From positions 128,001 to 192,000 of the forward strand of contig CAVXVB010000008.1 of assembly GCA_963765205.1 (NCBI GenBank): 64,000 bases of DNA, written 5' to 3'. Position 1 is the first letter of the stretch; each line of letters begins with the position of its first letter. The notes under the pieces are model-generated. The model was not told the DNA's origin. It saw nothing but the letters and a program-made list of their open reading frames with translations, and searched no databases. The position numbers and the translations under genes are program-made. This document shows, one piece after another, positions 20,939 to 34,053 of the stretch. This DNA is from an uncultured Verrucomicrobiae bacterium (lineage in GTDB: Bacteria > Verrucomicrobiota > Verrucomicrobiia > Opitutales > JABDGR01).

Positions 20939-21152
20939 AAGAATGAAGGATGAAGGATGAAAAAGAAAGGATGAAGGATGAGGGATGCAGGATGAAGAAG
21001 AATATGCTGAATTCTGAGTTATGAATTCTGCAATCCAGAAAAATTACTCAAACTGTTTGTGGGGCGTTGATTTTCGTTGGCCCCAAGACGCAGCAATCCC
21101 CATTCCGATTTTGCTTCATTTTTCATCCTGCATCCCTCATCCTTCAGCCTTC
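20939..21152. repeat. Inverted 7-mer element (GGATGAA / TTCATCC) between divergent genes
   Basis: Arms 20939-20997 and 21114-21152. Confidence 0.85.
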
Positions 21153-21155
21153 CCC

Positions 21156-22309
21156 ATGAAACCGCCCCTTCCCGAGGTTTTTCGCCGGATTTCGCGCCGG
21201 CGGTTCGTGCGCCAAGCGGCGCTGGCTGTCACCGCATCATGGGCGTTCGGCCGCCGGGTGTGGGCGGCGGACGCCGCACCGGCGCCCACCCCCACCCCAA
21301 CGGCGGCGCCGGTGAAGAAGCTCGGCGTGGCCCTTGCCGGGCTGGGAGGTTATGCCACGCAGCAACTGCGCCCGGCGCTGGCCGAAACGCAATTTTGCCG
21401 GCTCACGGGCGTCGTCACGCGCCGGCCCGCCGTCGGCGCGCAATGGGCGAAGGACTGCGGTTTTCCAGCGAAGAACGTTTATAACTACGATACGATGGCG
21501 AAGCTGGCGGACAACCCCGACATTGACATTGTTTACGTCGTCACGCCCAACGGGCTGCATGCCCAACATGTGATTGCGGCGGCGAAAGCGGGCAAGCACG
21601 TCATCTGCGAAAAACCGATGGCCAACACCGCGGCCGAATGCGACGCGATGCTGGCGGCCTGCCAGGCGGCCAAGCGCACGCTGTCCATCGGCTACCGGCT
21701 GCACTTCGACCCCTATCACCAGCAAATGGTGAAGCTGGCGGCGAACCCAACTTTGGGCCGTTTACGAAAATGTCCGGCGAAAACGGCTTCACGTTGAATG
21801 GGGACCAATGGCGGATCCACCACCCGCTCTCCGGCGGCGGCCCGTTGATGGACATGGGCATCTACGTCGTGCATGCGGCGTGCATGGCGGCCAACGCCAA
21901 CCCGGTGGCGGTGACGGCGGTGGAACATCCCAAAACGAAGCCAAAGATTTTTGTGGATGTCGAGGAGGCGCTCGACTGGACGATGGAATTCCCCGGCGGC
22001 GCCACGGCCACCTGCCAGACCAGTTATGTCAAAAACTACGGCCACTTCCACGCGGAGGGCGCGAAGGGGTGGATAGATTTTCCCTCCGCTTTTGGCTATA
22101 ACGGCTTGAAGATGAACACCAGCAACGGCCCGGTGAAATACCCGCCGATGCGCCAGCAGAGCGCGCACATGGACGGCATCGCGCGCGCCATCCTCGACAA
22201 AAAAGATTCGCCCGTGCCCGGCGAACTCGGCCGGCGCGACATGGTCATCATCGAAGGCATCTACAAGGCTGCGGCCACCGGCAAGCGGGTGGAGTTGAAG
22301 TATGCGTGA
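21156..22309 (+). CDS. Gfo/Idh/MocA oxidoreductase, Tat signal (glucose-fructose oxidoreductase-like); 1-bp frameshift near 21748
   Basis: SRRRFV signal, GLGGYA, HVICEKPMA; GGGPLMDMGIY in the second frame. Confidence 0.85.
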
Positions 22310-22326
22310 GGGGGGGAGGGGGAGTT

Positions 22327-22440
22327 GGGTTGCAAGTTTCAGGTTGCAGGTTTTTGGGACTTGGAAGTCCACCGCCGTTTCCACTTTTTGCCGCAATCGT
22401 GTCGCATTTTCTTCAACCTGCAACTTGCACCTTGCAACCC
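22327..22440. repeat. Inverted 7-mer element (GTTGCAR / YTGCAAC) between convergent genes
   Basis: Arms 22327-22352 and 22415-22440. Confidence 0.82.
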
Positions 22441-22459
22441 TGCCCGCCTGAGGCGCCCC

Positions 22460-23021
22460 TCACATCTTCTTGCTCGAGCTGCCGCCGAAGCCGCGGCGGC
22501 GCTGGGTGCTGTAGCGCGCCAGGGCGTCGTTGATGACACTTTCGCTGGCCTCGGCCTGCTGCATCTCGTCCACTTCAACCGTCTTGCCTTCGAGCAATTT
22601 GTAGTCCTGGAAAAAGCGGCGCAGCATCGAGAGGCGGTGGACGGGCAGTTCGTCCGCCTGCTTGAAGCCGTTGTATTCGGGGTCGTTGATGGCGACCGCG
22701 AGGATTTTGTGGTCGCGCTTGCCGCTGTCAATCATCGTCATCAGGCCGATGGCGCGGGCGCTGACGAGGGTGAGCGGGGCGACCGCCTCCTGGCAGAGCA
22801 CGAGCACGTCGAGCGGGTCGTCGTCCTCGGCGAGGGTTTGCGGGATGAAGCCGTAATTGGCGGGATAATAGACGGCCGAAATAGAGGATGCGATCGAGCT
22901 TGAGCAGGCCGGTTTCCTTGTCCAATTCATACTTCACGCTTGAACCCATGGGGATTTCGACGACGGCGGTAAATTCGCGCGGCAGGCGTTCGCCGGGGGT
23001 GACATCGTGCCAGGAGTGCAT
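22460..23021 (-). CDS. ppa: family I inorganic pyrophosphatase; 1-bp frameshift near 22880
   Basis: [14 protein letters not shown]...LDRILY | [34 protein letters not shown]. Confidence 0.9.
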
Positions 23022-23107
23022 GAAGGGAAAAAGTGTCCCGCCAGCATGGGCGCGTTCCAGGGCGGCGCAAGCTAAAAGGGCCGGGCGCCTTGTACGGGCC
23101 GCAAAAT

Positions 23108-23542
23108 TCATTCGCGGACAATGTCGTCCGGCGATTTATTTTCGCCGCCGGGTGAGCGCGGGAAATGGAGCGCCAGCACCTCGCCGATTTCGCGCACGGC
23201 TTCGGCGATGGCCTCGGTGAACTGCCCAGCCTTCAACTGGGGCGTGATTTTGGCGGCAATGCCCTGCCAGAAGGCATCGCCGCATTTTTCATGCACGGCG
23301 GTGTCGCCCCAGATGGCGAAGGTGTGCGCCTTGGGCGCGAAATAAATCAGCACGGCGTTGCGCAGCGGCGTGTGGTGCATCCCCAATTTCAAAAAGCGTT
23401 TTTGCGCGGCGGCCAGGGCGTCCGCGCGGTGCTTGTGCGAAATGCAGACACGGATTTCGCCGGAGGTGGTTTGCTCCGCGCGCGCAATCGCCGCGAGGAT
23501 GGTCGCGTCGTCGAGCCGGCCGATGAATTCCTGGTGGTGCAT
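23108..23542 (-). CDS. TPM-domain protein (DUF5130-like)
   Basis: [28 protein letters not shown]; in a LemA operon. Confidence 0.85.
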   Translation of the reverse strand: MHHQEFIGRLDDATILAAIARAEQTTSGEIRVCISHKHRADALAAAQKRFLKLGMHHTPLRNAVLIYFAPKAHTFAIWGDTAVHEKCGDAFWQGIAAKITPQLKAGQFTEAIAEAVREIGEVLALHFPRSPGGENKSPDDIVRE

Positions 23543-23549
23543 GGCAAAA

Positions 23550-24320
23550 TTACCAGTGTCCGCCGGCGCCTCCCCCGCCAAAGCCGCCGCCGCCGCCGGA
23601 AAAACCACCGCCGCCGCCAAAGCCTCCCCCACCGCCAAAACCACCGCCCCAGCCTCCGCCACCCCAACCACCGCCAAAATAGATGCCGCGGCTGCCGCGC
23701 CCGTAAACGGTACCCGCGGGTCGCGCCCGGTTCGCAATGATGGAGAGCACGACAAAGAAAACCACAAAGGCGATGACCAGCAGGTTGGTCGTGGTGTCTT
23801 CTTCCTGGCCGGCCACGGTCGTGCCGTTGCCCTTGTATTCGCTCATGGCGGCTTGCAGGATGGCGGTGACCCCGGCGGTCAGGCCGCCGTCGTAGTCAGC
23901 ATTTTTGAAGTGCGGGTTAATCTCGTCCTCAATGATGCGTTTGGTCGTGGCGTCGGGCAGCGCGCCTTCGAGGCCGTAGCCGACTTGAATATACGTCTCC
24001 CGGTCCTGGATGAAAACAAACAAGACCGCGCCGTTATTGGTCTTGCTCTGGCCGGCCCGCCAGCTTTGGGCGACGCGCTGGGTATAATCCTCGACCGAGG
24101 AATCCGACTGCATCTTCGGAAAGACGGCGACGACGATTTGGTTGGAGGATTGTTTCTCAAAATTCTCGAGCCGGCTGTTCAAACTCGCCGCGACCGCGGG
24201 CGAAACAACGCCGGCATAGTCGTTGAAATACTGGGCGGGCTTCGGCGGCATGACTTCCGCCCCCCAAGCCATGGCGGCGGCGAGCCAAAAAAACAGCCCA
24301 AACAATCCGGCGCGCTTCAT
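23550..24320 (-). CDS. TPM-domain (YgcG-like) membrane protein with Gly-rich tail
   Basis: NDYAGVVS, IQVGYGLEGALPD, GGGFGGGGAGGHW tail. Confidence 0.9.
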   Translation of the reverse strand: MKRAGLFGLFFWLAAAMAWGAEVMPPKPAQYFNDYAGVVSPAVAASLNSRLENFEKQSSNQIVVAVFPKMQSDSSVEDYTQRVAQSWRAGQSKTNNGAVLFVFIQDRETYIQVGYGLEGALPDATTKRIIEDEINPHFKNADYDGGLTAGVTAILQAAMSEYKGNGTTVAGQEEDTTTNLLVIAFVVFFVVLSIIANRARPAGTVYGRGSRGIYFGGGWGGGGWGGGFGGGGGFGGGGGFSGGGGGFGGGGAGGHW

Positions 24321-24324
24321 ATGC

Positions 24325-24966
24325 TTAGGGTTTGGACGGGGCCGGTTGCGTCGCGCCGAAATCGAAATTCACTTTGGGCGGGGTCTCCGCGCCGGGCTGC
24401 GCGGCAAAATAGGGTTTCGCGTGGAAGCCAAACATCCCCGCGATGGTCACGGCGGGGAATTGCTGGATGGCGGTGTCGTAGCTTTGCACGGCGTCGTTGA
24501 AGTTGCGGCGCTCGACCGCGATGCGGTTTTCCGAGCCTTCGAGCTGGGCCTGCAAATCCTGGAAATTGGCCGTGGCCTTCAAAGCGGGGTAATTCTCGGA
24601 GACGACCAGGAGGCGTGACAACGCGGAGGAGAGGCCGTCCTGCGCTTTCTCGAAGGCCGCGAGCTGGGCGGGGTCCGTGGGGGCTGAGTTCGGATCGAGT
24701 TTGACCTGGCCGACCGAGGCGCGGGCGTCGGTGACGGCGATGAGCGTGGACTTCTCAAAATTCGCCGCGCCGGAGACCGTCGCCACGAGATTGGGAATCA
24801 GGTCGGCGCGGCGTTGATAGACATTCTCGACCTGCGCCCACGCGCTGTCCGCCGCCTGCGAGCGGCTGACCAGCGAATTATAAGTTCCGCCGAGGGCCAG
24901 CGCCAGCATGAGCGCGCCAAGGAGGAGAATGCCCAGACAGCCGAGCAGGATGGTGGATTTTTTCAT
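24325..24966 (-). CDS. LemA family protein
   Basis: YNSLV, QRRADLIPNLV, ENYPALKA, ENRIAVERR. Confidence 0.93.
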   Translation of the reverse strand: MKKSTILLGCLGILLLGALMLALALGGTYNSLVSRSQAADSAWAQVENVYQRRADLIPNLVATVSGAANFEKSTLIAVTDARASVGQVKLDPNSAPTDPAQLAAFEKAQDGLSSALSRLLVVSENYPALKATANFQDLQAQLEGSENRIAVERRNFNDAVQSYDTAIQQFPAVTIAGMFGFHAKPYFAAQPGAETPPKVNFDFGATQPAPSKP

Positions 24967-25139
24967 GACGGCTTGAGTGTGCCACAACCACCCGGCAAGT
25001 CCAATTACTATTTGAGGGTGAAATTGTAACGTTAGGGCGCGACGAAGGCGGGGCAAGTACCCTCATTTTGCATTGGCGTTCCAGGAACGGCTTGCTTTAT
25101 GCTGACCTTTCTTTTCCTTTACCCACTACTTTACTCGAT

Positions 25140-27134
<1,995 letters not shown>

Positions 27135-27143
27135 CAAACAAAA

Positions 27144-27551
27144 TCAGCGCCCCGGATGACTGCTTCCTGATTGGCCAAACCCGCCCGGCAAGGCATTGAT
27201 TCGACGCGCATCGGCATCCCATCGCCAAAACGCGTAAATGAGCGCCACGATCAGAAGCATGACCAAGCCAACGTTACCCGGATTGATATACGACTGGGTG
27301 AAAATCCCGAGGGCGAATATAGCCAGGCAAAACACACCCCAGGCGCTCGAAAAATAGGCATAGAAAGAAGTTTTCTCCGACGGGATGACGGGCTGGCCGG
27401 CCGCCGCGTAAATCAAAGCAATGACGGGAAAACCAACCACCCCAAACCAGCCGGCATTGATGTGCGAGTGGGCGAATATCGCGATCACCAGACCGGCGAG
27501 CCACAACGTGCCGTAGGCACTGAAAAACCGGGTGTAATATGAAGTCTTCAT
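27144..27551 (-). CDS. hypothetical 4-TM protein made of two internal repeats
   Basis: KTSYY..FSAYG...HINAG..G...IALIYA is repeated as KTSFY..SSAWG...YINPG..G...VALIYA. Confidence 0.65.
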   Translation of the reverse strand: MKTSYYTRFFSAYGTLWLAGLVIAIFAHSHINAGWFGVVGFPVIALIYAAAGQPVIPSEKTSFYAYFSSAWGVFCLAIFALGIFTQSYINPGNVGLVMLLIVALIYAFWRWDADARRINALPGGFGQSGSSHPGR

Positions 27552-27753
27552 GGCAGCTCGAATTTTAATTTTTATTCAGGCCGGGCGGCAGTTCAAGCAC
27601 TTATTAGTGGCCGGAACCGGTTCTTTTAGTGATTTTCAGGTTCGAAAAATTGAGGATAATTTGAGATGGATTAATTGGCGCTTTGATTTTTTGCCGCGGG
27701 TGCCCTGGCCGTTGCCGATGAGGTGGCTTTCATCCGGGGGAAAGTAACACCCC

Positions 27754-29160
27754 TTATGGCGTCTTGGACGGGGCGGCGTGAAAGACGATGGTGTCGCCTT
27801 CGACGCTGCAAGCCAGTCCGGTGGCGGCGCAAATCTGGATCAGCGTCTGCGCCATGGTGCCGTTGTGGATGTTGAGATTGAAATGCAGGTCCTGCGCCTG
27901 GGCGGTGACTTCCGGTGCGATGGTTATCTTAATGTGCATCAGTTGAGACAGGGCGCTTGTGCATTGCGCGAGAGTGGTGTTGGGAAAATTCATGATGCTC
28001 ATCTTTTGCTGCAAGGCGGCGTTGATCGCGTCCGAGCCGGCGGCCATCGCCGGCGTGGGCATTGACGCTGCGGAGGATGACGCTGGCGACGCATGGGGCG
28101 CGCCCGCGGGCGGCGCGACCGGGCGCGGTTCGCCCGGAGGTGAGAGCAAGTCCCACCGCGGCCCAAGCGTGGTCTGGGTCAAATCAAGGAGCACAGGCGC
28201 AGCGTCGTATTGCGTGGGCGCGGGTTGAGGCCGCGTAATGGGCGACCCGGGCGTTTGGGTGGCCGATGGCGAGGGATTGAGGGAATTATAGCTGGCGAGG
28301 ATGGAAAGCGAATATGTGTGCGGTCGCGCCGGATCGAAGGGCGGGTTGACGCCGAATTGGCCCGTCACCATCGGAATCCGCGCCGCCCGGCGCTCACCGC
28401 TGGCAATGACGCGCGGCCCCGGGCCGCTATAGCCGCCGCCGCCAATGTCTGTTAAGGTTTCGTCCACAGTAAGAGTCAGGGACATATCCAACGGTGGAAG
28501 GTTAAAGGTGGTGAGTTTGGGGTCAACGGGCGTCGGGCCAATGACCCAGAGGAGGAGTCGGCCCAGGTCCGCGCGCGGTTGCGGCTCGATCGCCGCCAGC
28601 TGCAACGTCGGCGCTTTGGTTGAGTCGAAGGCCGGGTCAATGCGCACTTGGACGACATTCGAGGCGCGCACGCCGTTGACGTAGATGGCGAGGAGAAAAT
28701 CGCCCGGCGGTGTTTGGGCGAGGGCTTGCGCCTGGTCCTCCGGAAAGGCGTTGTCCCGCGCCTCCCGGCCCGCCAACATGATGCGATCCCGCAAGAAGGC
28801 GGCCTCGTTGGGTCGCTGGTCGTCGAGTTCGCTGCCGATGGCGCCCTGGTAGGGAATGCGGGCGACTTCCGCCCCCGTGTCGGCGCGGCGAATCACCGTT
28901 TCCATCGTGAAAATTTTCGTGCCTTGGAACTTGGCCGCGCCGCCTGGCTCAACGCTTTCCGGCTCGAGATCCTGCCGGTAATCGGCCCAGGACTTGAAGA
29001 CGCCGCCCCAAGGCGTCAGCCACACGCCGACCGCGGGCACGGCGGTCGGCAGCGTGGGCGTGTTGGCCGGCGGCGTCACCGGGGAATCGGCGGCGGCCAG
29101 CATCAGCCGCGCGCCGAGGAGCAAAGCCGCAAAGACCAGGCCTCGTTTAAGGGTATGCAT
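27754..29160 (-). CDS. exported hypothetical protein, paralog 1; conserved N-domain plus C-terminal STN-like domain
   Basis: Signal MHTLKRGLVFAALLLGA; IRRADTG, YVNGVRASNV, IDPAFD..KAPTL shared with two neighbours. Confidence 0.75.
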   Translation of the reverse strand: MHTLKRGLVFAALLLGARLMLAAADSPVTPPANTPTLPTAVPAVGVWLTPWGGVFKSWADYRQDLEPESVEPGGAAKFQGTKIFTMETVIRRADTGAEVARIPYQGAIGSELDDQRPNEAAFLRDRIMLAGREARDNAFPEDQAQALAQTPPGDFLLAIYVNGVRASNVVQVRIDPAFDSTKAPTLQLAAIEPQPRADLGRLLLWVIGPTPVDPKLTTFNLPPLDMSLTLTVDETLTDIGGGGYSGPGPRVIASGERRAARIPMVTGQFGVNPPFDPARPHTYSLSILASYNSLNPSPSATQTPGSPITRPQPAPTQYDAAPVLLDLTQTTLGPRWDLLSPPGEPRPVAPPAGAPHASPASSSAASMPTPAMAAGSDAINAALQQKMSIMNFPNTTLAQCTSALSQLMHIKITIAPEVTAQAQDLHFNLNIHNGTMAQTLIQICAATGLACSVEGDTIVFHAAPSKTP

Positions 29161-29199
29161 AGCTCATTAGACGGCCCCGGGGTAAATAACTTAGAAGTT
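29161..29199 (-). promoter_or_regulatory. ECF-type promoter copy 1: AACTTCTAAG-N16-CGTCTAA-N6-ATG
   Basis: Identical geometry in four copies. Confidence 0.7.
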
Positions 29200-29278
29200 T
29201 CACTATAAATTGACTATTGCCTCCTTAATCCCGGCAGCACAAAAAAGGGGGCAATTCCCTGCCAGTCACGCAAGAACT

Positions 29279-29770
29279 TCAACCCTGTATTTTTTTTAGA
29301 AGTTCTTGGGCAAGCGGATTTTCCATCGAAGCTTGAACAATCGTTACGTTCTTATGCAGGTCGACATGAATGTTGATAAAATTGCCATTTTCCAGAATGA
29401 GTTTTTGCCCATTAATAACCACGACGCGACCTTGCTCTTGAGCCTGATACTTGAACAGGATGTCATCAAACTTCAGGGTGCCTCCAACAGGCCCCAAATT
29501 TGTTTCTTTGCCATCCACGGTGGTGCTCGGCAGGCGGTCATCCGCACTCAGCGACACCAAAAAGGCCAGCTTGCTCTGCTTTGCGCCAAAAACCCGAGGT
29601 TGATTGCGATAGCCGACGATGTAACCGGTGTTGGCTGCGAAATTCAATTCTTGACCAGTGGCCAAGTTCAATGATGGTTCCGAAAAATAAGCGGCAACCG
29701 CTCTTTCCCCCATTTGAAAAAGGAGAAGCAAAAGAATAAAAACAAGAGCGTGATAACGATACTTTGACAT
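29279..29770 (-). CDS. hypothetical exported or membrane-anchored protein, AT-rich
   Basis: Hydrophobic N-terminus; 163-aa ORF. Confidence 0.55.
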   Translation of the reverse strand: MSKYRYHALVFILLLLLFQMGERAVAAYFSEPSLNLATGQELNFAANTGYIVGYRNQPRVFGAKQSKLAFLVSLSADDRLPSTTVDGKETNLGPVGGTLKFDDILFKYQAQEQGRVVVINGQKLILENGNFINIHVDLHKNVTIVQASMENPLAQELLKKIQG

Positions 29771-29786
29771 GCGAATACTCAGTCAA

Positions 29787-31003
29787 TTAACCAGCACTTC
29801 CCGATCCAAGCAAGTCCCAAGTCGCAATTTCCATTTCAGTCACTTGCCTCCAGTCGTAGATTGAAAAGCGGGCGCGGCGGCCCATACCGACGGAATTGGC
29901 GTATTGGCCGCAGTTAAGCCGGGGGGGCGCGATGGGGCGGCTTTCGTCGGGGGGCGAGGCCTGGTCCCACGCGGCGCCGAGCGGATGGGCTTTGGGAATA
30001 AACGTTAAAGGCGCGGCATCATATTGGCGCGATTCTACCACGTAAGAGCCTGCGTCACCGGGTTTGCCGTGCCCTTCCTTCAAGTAATAGGTTAACGTGT
30101 AGGTGTGCGGCACACTAAAATCGAACGTCGGCGTGTAATTGTCCAGGCTGCCAAGGTCCACTCGCAGCAAAACCGCCAGACGCTCCCCGCTGGCCAAGGG
30201 ACGCCGGTTAAGCAATCCGACAGGGGGTGGGCCACTGCGCCCCCGATCCATGCTGGGAAGACGCTGCTGGACGCCGTCCGCCACCATAAGCGCAGTTGAC
30301 AAGTAGTAATCAATCAAGCCGGGGTCCGGCGGCGTCGGCCCGATGGCCCAGAGCACGACGCGGCCGAACGGGGCGCGCGGGTTCGGCTCGATGGGGCCGA
30401 GTGCCAGTGTCGGTGCCTTGGTCGCGTCAAATGCGGGGTCAATGCGGATCTTCACCACATTCGAGGCCCGCACGCCATTGATGTAAGCGGCCACAAGATA
30501 ATTACCGGGCGGATTTTCCTCCAACATCTTTAATTGATCGTCGGAAAAAGTTGAATTGCGTGAATCCTGGGTTTTTACGTCGGCCATAAACTCGGCGCGG
30601 CCGGGCCGCTGGTCGTCGAGTGCCCGATCTAGGTCATGTAGATGCATAGTTAGCTGCAGCGTAGACGTTGGCTGCTGGTCGAGGGCGCTGCAGATGACTC
30701 CTTGATAGGGAATGCGCGCCACCGGCTGGCCCGTGTCGGCGCGGCGGATGACGGTGTCCATCGTTTGGATTTTAAGATCCGGAAATTTGTCCGCCCCCGC
30801 CTCGAGGCTGAGCGACTGCCGGTAATCGGCCCAGGAACTAAAAACCGCACCGGCTGGCAACAGCCAAACGCCAACCACGGGTAAGCGGTCGGCGGCGTGG
30901 GCGCATTGGCCGGCGGAGTCGCCGGGGCATCGGCGGCGGCCAGCGTCAAATGCGCACCAAGCAACAAAACCGCCAAAAGCAGGCCTCGTTTAAGAATACT
31001 CAT
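29787..31003 (-). CDS. exported hypothetical protein, paralog 2; 1-bp frameshift near 30883
   Basis: Signal MSILKRGLLLAVLLLGA; same N-domain motifs; no STN tail. Confidence 0.7.
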
Positions 31004-31042
31004 GGCTCATTAGACGGTGCGGGGGCAAATAGCTTAGAAGTT
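31004..31042 (-). promoter_or_regulatory. ECF-type promoter copy 2
   Basis: AACTTCTAAG-N16-CGTCTAA-N6-ATG. Confidence 0.7.
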
Positions 31043-31202
31043 GTTGTGCCGAACACTGTTTGGGTAACGATTTTGGGCTTCATCCATTATCTGCATCCTT
31101 TTTCTTTCTAAAGAAGAAAAAGGGCATTATTTGGATTTGCCGGAGTTCGGGGGTGACAGTTAAGCGGGATGGCAATGGTGGTTTGACCCCGTTTTAAGGC
31201 CA

Positions 31203-31640
31203 TCACTCATTGACCCGACGGTGCAGGGGCGGGCGGACTGGGCAGCATAATAAACTGCCCTTCCTCTCCCCGGTGCAGACGAAGGGTCGCTGCAGTGGGC
31301 CGATGGGCCAAAATGGCTGATCATAAGTAGGATACCCGTCTGCGTGGACAATCCAGTTCAGGGGTGTCCATTTGGCCTCCCGAAAAGTTAGCTGGCCCGC
31401 CGAATCGGTGTAGCCTAAACCCACCTCATTCGGCGAGGGGGCAAAGAAATCCAGCTCGGACTCCATATAGTTAATCCTCACTTCCGCGCCGGCAATGGGC
31501 CGGCCGGAATCGGCATCGAGCACGGTGATCGTGGCGGTTTGGTGACCGTAGAAAACTCCATCAACTACGGCGCAGCCACTGCCGAGCAGCATGCCGGGTA
31601 ACAAAATCGCAAAAACCAAGCCTCGTTTAAGGGTATTCAT
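31203..31640 (-). CDS. putative lipoprotein with a carboxypeptidase-regulatory/Ig-like fold; 3' end uncertain
   Basis: Signal MNTLKRGLVFAILL..LGSGC; VLDADSGRPIAGAEV, TDSAG, VHADGY. Confidence 0.6.
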   Translation of the reverse strand: MNTLKRGLVFAILLPGMLLGSGCAVVDGVFYGHQTATITVLDADSGRPIAGAEVRINYMESELDFFAPSPNEVGLGYTDSAGQLTFREAKWTPLNWIVHADGYPTYDQPFWPIGPLQRPFVCTGERKGSLLCCPVRPPLHRRVNE

Positions 31641-31679
31641 CGTTCATTAGACGGCGCGAGGGGAAATAGCTTAGAAGTT
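31641..31679 (-). promoter_or_regulatory. ECF-type promoter copy 3
   Basis: AACTTCTAAG-N16-CGTCTAA-N6-ATG. Confidence 0.7.
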
Positions 31680-31743
31680 CCGCTGTAAAATTTAGTCCCC
31701 TTCTCCAAACCCTGCCAACCGCAAAAAAGCAGTTTGCAGCCCG

Positions 31744-32175
31744 TTACTTCACCACGACTTCGCGCAAGAGCGGGGTGTCGAGACGGAAGGCCCGGCCGGA
31801 GCCGTCCGGAAGCGTGTGCCGTTCAAAGCGGGAGACGTTGTAAAAGTCCACCAACACTTCGGTGGTCCGCAGTTCATTGATGCGGGCCAGGATCTGGTCC
31901 TGCTCAACCCGGTCTTTAACCCCGTAGATAATAATACGTGAACCATGTATGATGTGATACCAAGCAAAGTGGCTCCATGGCACGGAACTAATCCCGGGCC
32001 CGCGGGTCAGGCCATCCATGGGAATGGCATACTCGGCCTCGATATGCGGGACGATGCGGTGCCCCTGCGTGTCGTAGTAGTCCCCGAACGCGCTGGCACA
32101 GGCGCTAAAAAGCAACGTGACGCCGAGCCCAAGCATCGTCAGCGCCAACTTGAAATTGGTTGTCAATTTAATCAT
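31744..32175 (-). CDS. hypothetical lipoprotein
   Basis: Hydrophobic N-terminus with FSAC lipobox. Confidence 0.55.
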   Translation of the reverse strand: MIKLTTNFKLALTMLGLGVTLLFSACASAFGDYYDTQGHRIVPHIEAEYAIPMDGLTRGPGISSVPWSHFAWYHIIHGSRIIIYGVKDRVEQDQILARINELRTTEVLVDFYNVSRFERHTLPDGSGRAFRLDTPLLREVVVK

Positions 32176-32338
32176 TTGGCTGGGTGATCATCATTTGCCA
32201 TGCCAGAGATTCATGAAAATTGCCAAGATCCTGGCCGGCAATACGTTAAAAAACGGCCGGCGTGCTGGGTGCTTTTTCTTCCGGCCTAAAATGACGGCTT
32301 TGCCGTTTGCTGCGGCCATAAAATGACAGGGGCTTGCC

Positions 32339-34053
32339 TTATGGCCGGTGCACCACCACCACGATACGATCAGTCGCGTCCACGCATTGCACGGCCAGGC
32401 CGTTGGCCCATAGCTGGCGGTCGAATTCCGTCACCACGTCCGATAAGGGAACCGCGTCCGTATGCACATTGATGCGGACATCCGGGAGGCCGGGGGCCAA
32501 AAACACATAAGCGTCCAGATTGCGCGCCAGCCATCCCGCCACATTCGCCACCGTCACGTTGGGCGCGTTTAACCGTGACCAAGTTGGTTCGGAGATCCGC
32601 CAAAAGCGGCTTTAACCGATCTTCGATCGCCGGGCCGGCCAATTTCGAATACGAAGCGGCCGCCGCCAGATCAACCGTGGCCATAGCCTGGGTGCCGTCC
32701 GGCGAATCTTTCAGTGTCACGTCATTTAGCGCCAGCAGCACCCGCAATGCTTGCACGACTTGCGCCTTCGTCCAACCGGTTTGATCCGGATAGTGGGGCC
32801 GCGGTGAAAAAAACAGGTTCCCCGTTGGCAGAGGCGCGGGCAAGGACAGGGTTTGGTGTGTGAGTTGCGCATAAGCCGCCACCGCGTCCGCCAACGATGC
32901 GCCCGACTGGACCAATGAATTCAAATCCACGCTGTCGGCGCCCGAGTACGGTATGACGGAATTTACCGACGGCACGGGCGCGCTGGCCGCCGGTGAGACG
33001 GCAGGCAGGACGACGGGGCGGGTTTCGCCGGGGGGTGAAGCTTGGTCCCATGCGTCGCCGAGTGAGTGGGCTTTGGGGTCAAACGGAAGCGGCGCGGCGG
33101 TGTAAAGGCGCCGCATGCCTGATGGCGTATCCGGACCGCCGAAGCGCACGCTCGGCTCTGGCCGTTCCGCAGGGGTAAAGGACATGGCGTAGGTGTGGGG
33201 CTGGCTGTTGTCGTAGACGGGGACAAAGGCGGCATCGCCGACGCCATCATGAAGGGAAACCGCAAAGCGCTGCCCGCTCGTCAATGGTCTCGCTCCCGGC
33301 CCGCTGTAGGCGCCGTCCGGCATCTGTCGCACAACGCCATCAAGGATAAAGGAACAATAGCGCAGACGAAAATCGGTCAGCTCCGGGTCGGCAGGCGTCG
33401 GCCCAATGGCCCAAAGCACGACAAAGCCCAGAGGCGCACGCGGGTTTGGTTCGATGCCACCCAGTTCCAGCGTGGGCGCTTTCGTGGCGTCAAACGCGGG
33501 ATCAATGCGGATTTTCGCCACATTCGAGGCGCGCACGCCGTTGACGTAAACGGCCACCAGGTAGTCGCCGGAGGGATTTTGATCGAGCACCTTGGCTTGG
33601 TCATCGGGCAAGGCGGTCCTGAGCGCAGTGTAGGTTTTGGCATCACCCGTCCACTCGCCTTGCACGGGCCGCTGATCACCGGGTTTGCCCGTGAGGGGCC
33701 CTTGATAAGGCATGCGCGCCACTGGCCGGCCGGTATCGGCGCGGCGAATTATGGTTTCCGCCGCGATGATTTTGACGCCGCGATATTGGTCGGGGCCGCC
33801 CAGCCCGGTGAAATCCACCTCGACGGAATGCCGGTAATCGGCCCAGGATTTGAATACGCTGCCGGCCGGCATCAGCCAAAGCCCCCAGAGCGGGCACGGC
33901 GGTCGGCGGCGTGGGTGCATTCTCCGGCGCACGGACCTCAATCGGCGGAAGCTGAAAAGTGGGCGCAGGGGCCGGGGCATCGGCGGCGCCCAGTGCGAGT
34001 CGCGCGCCGAGCAACAAAGCCGTAAAAACGAGGCCTCGTTTGGGGATATTCAT
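32339..34053 (-). CDS. exported hypothetical protein, paralog 3, with two C-terminal secretin-N0/STN-like domains; frameshifts near 33885 and 32570
   Basis: Signal MNIPKRGLVFTALLLGA; same N-domain; three ORF pieces join at single homopolymer indels. Confidence 0.68.

Noticed and set aside
32176..32215. Sigma-54-like TGGCA motif upstream of the lipoprotein at 32175
   Set aside because: The -12 element reads GA rather than GC; too weak to call.
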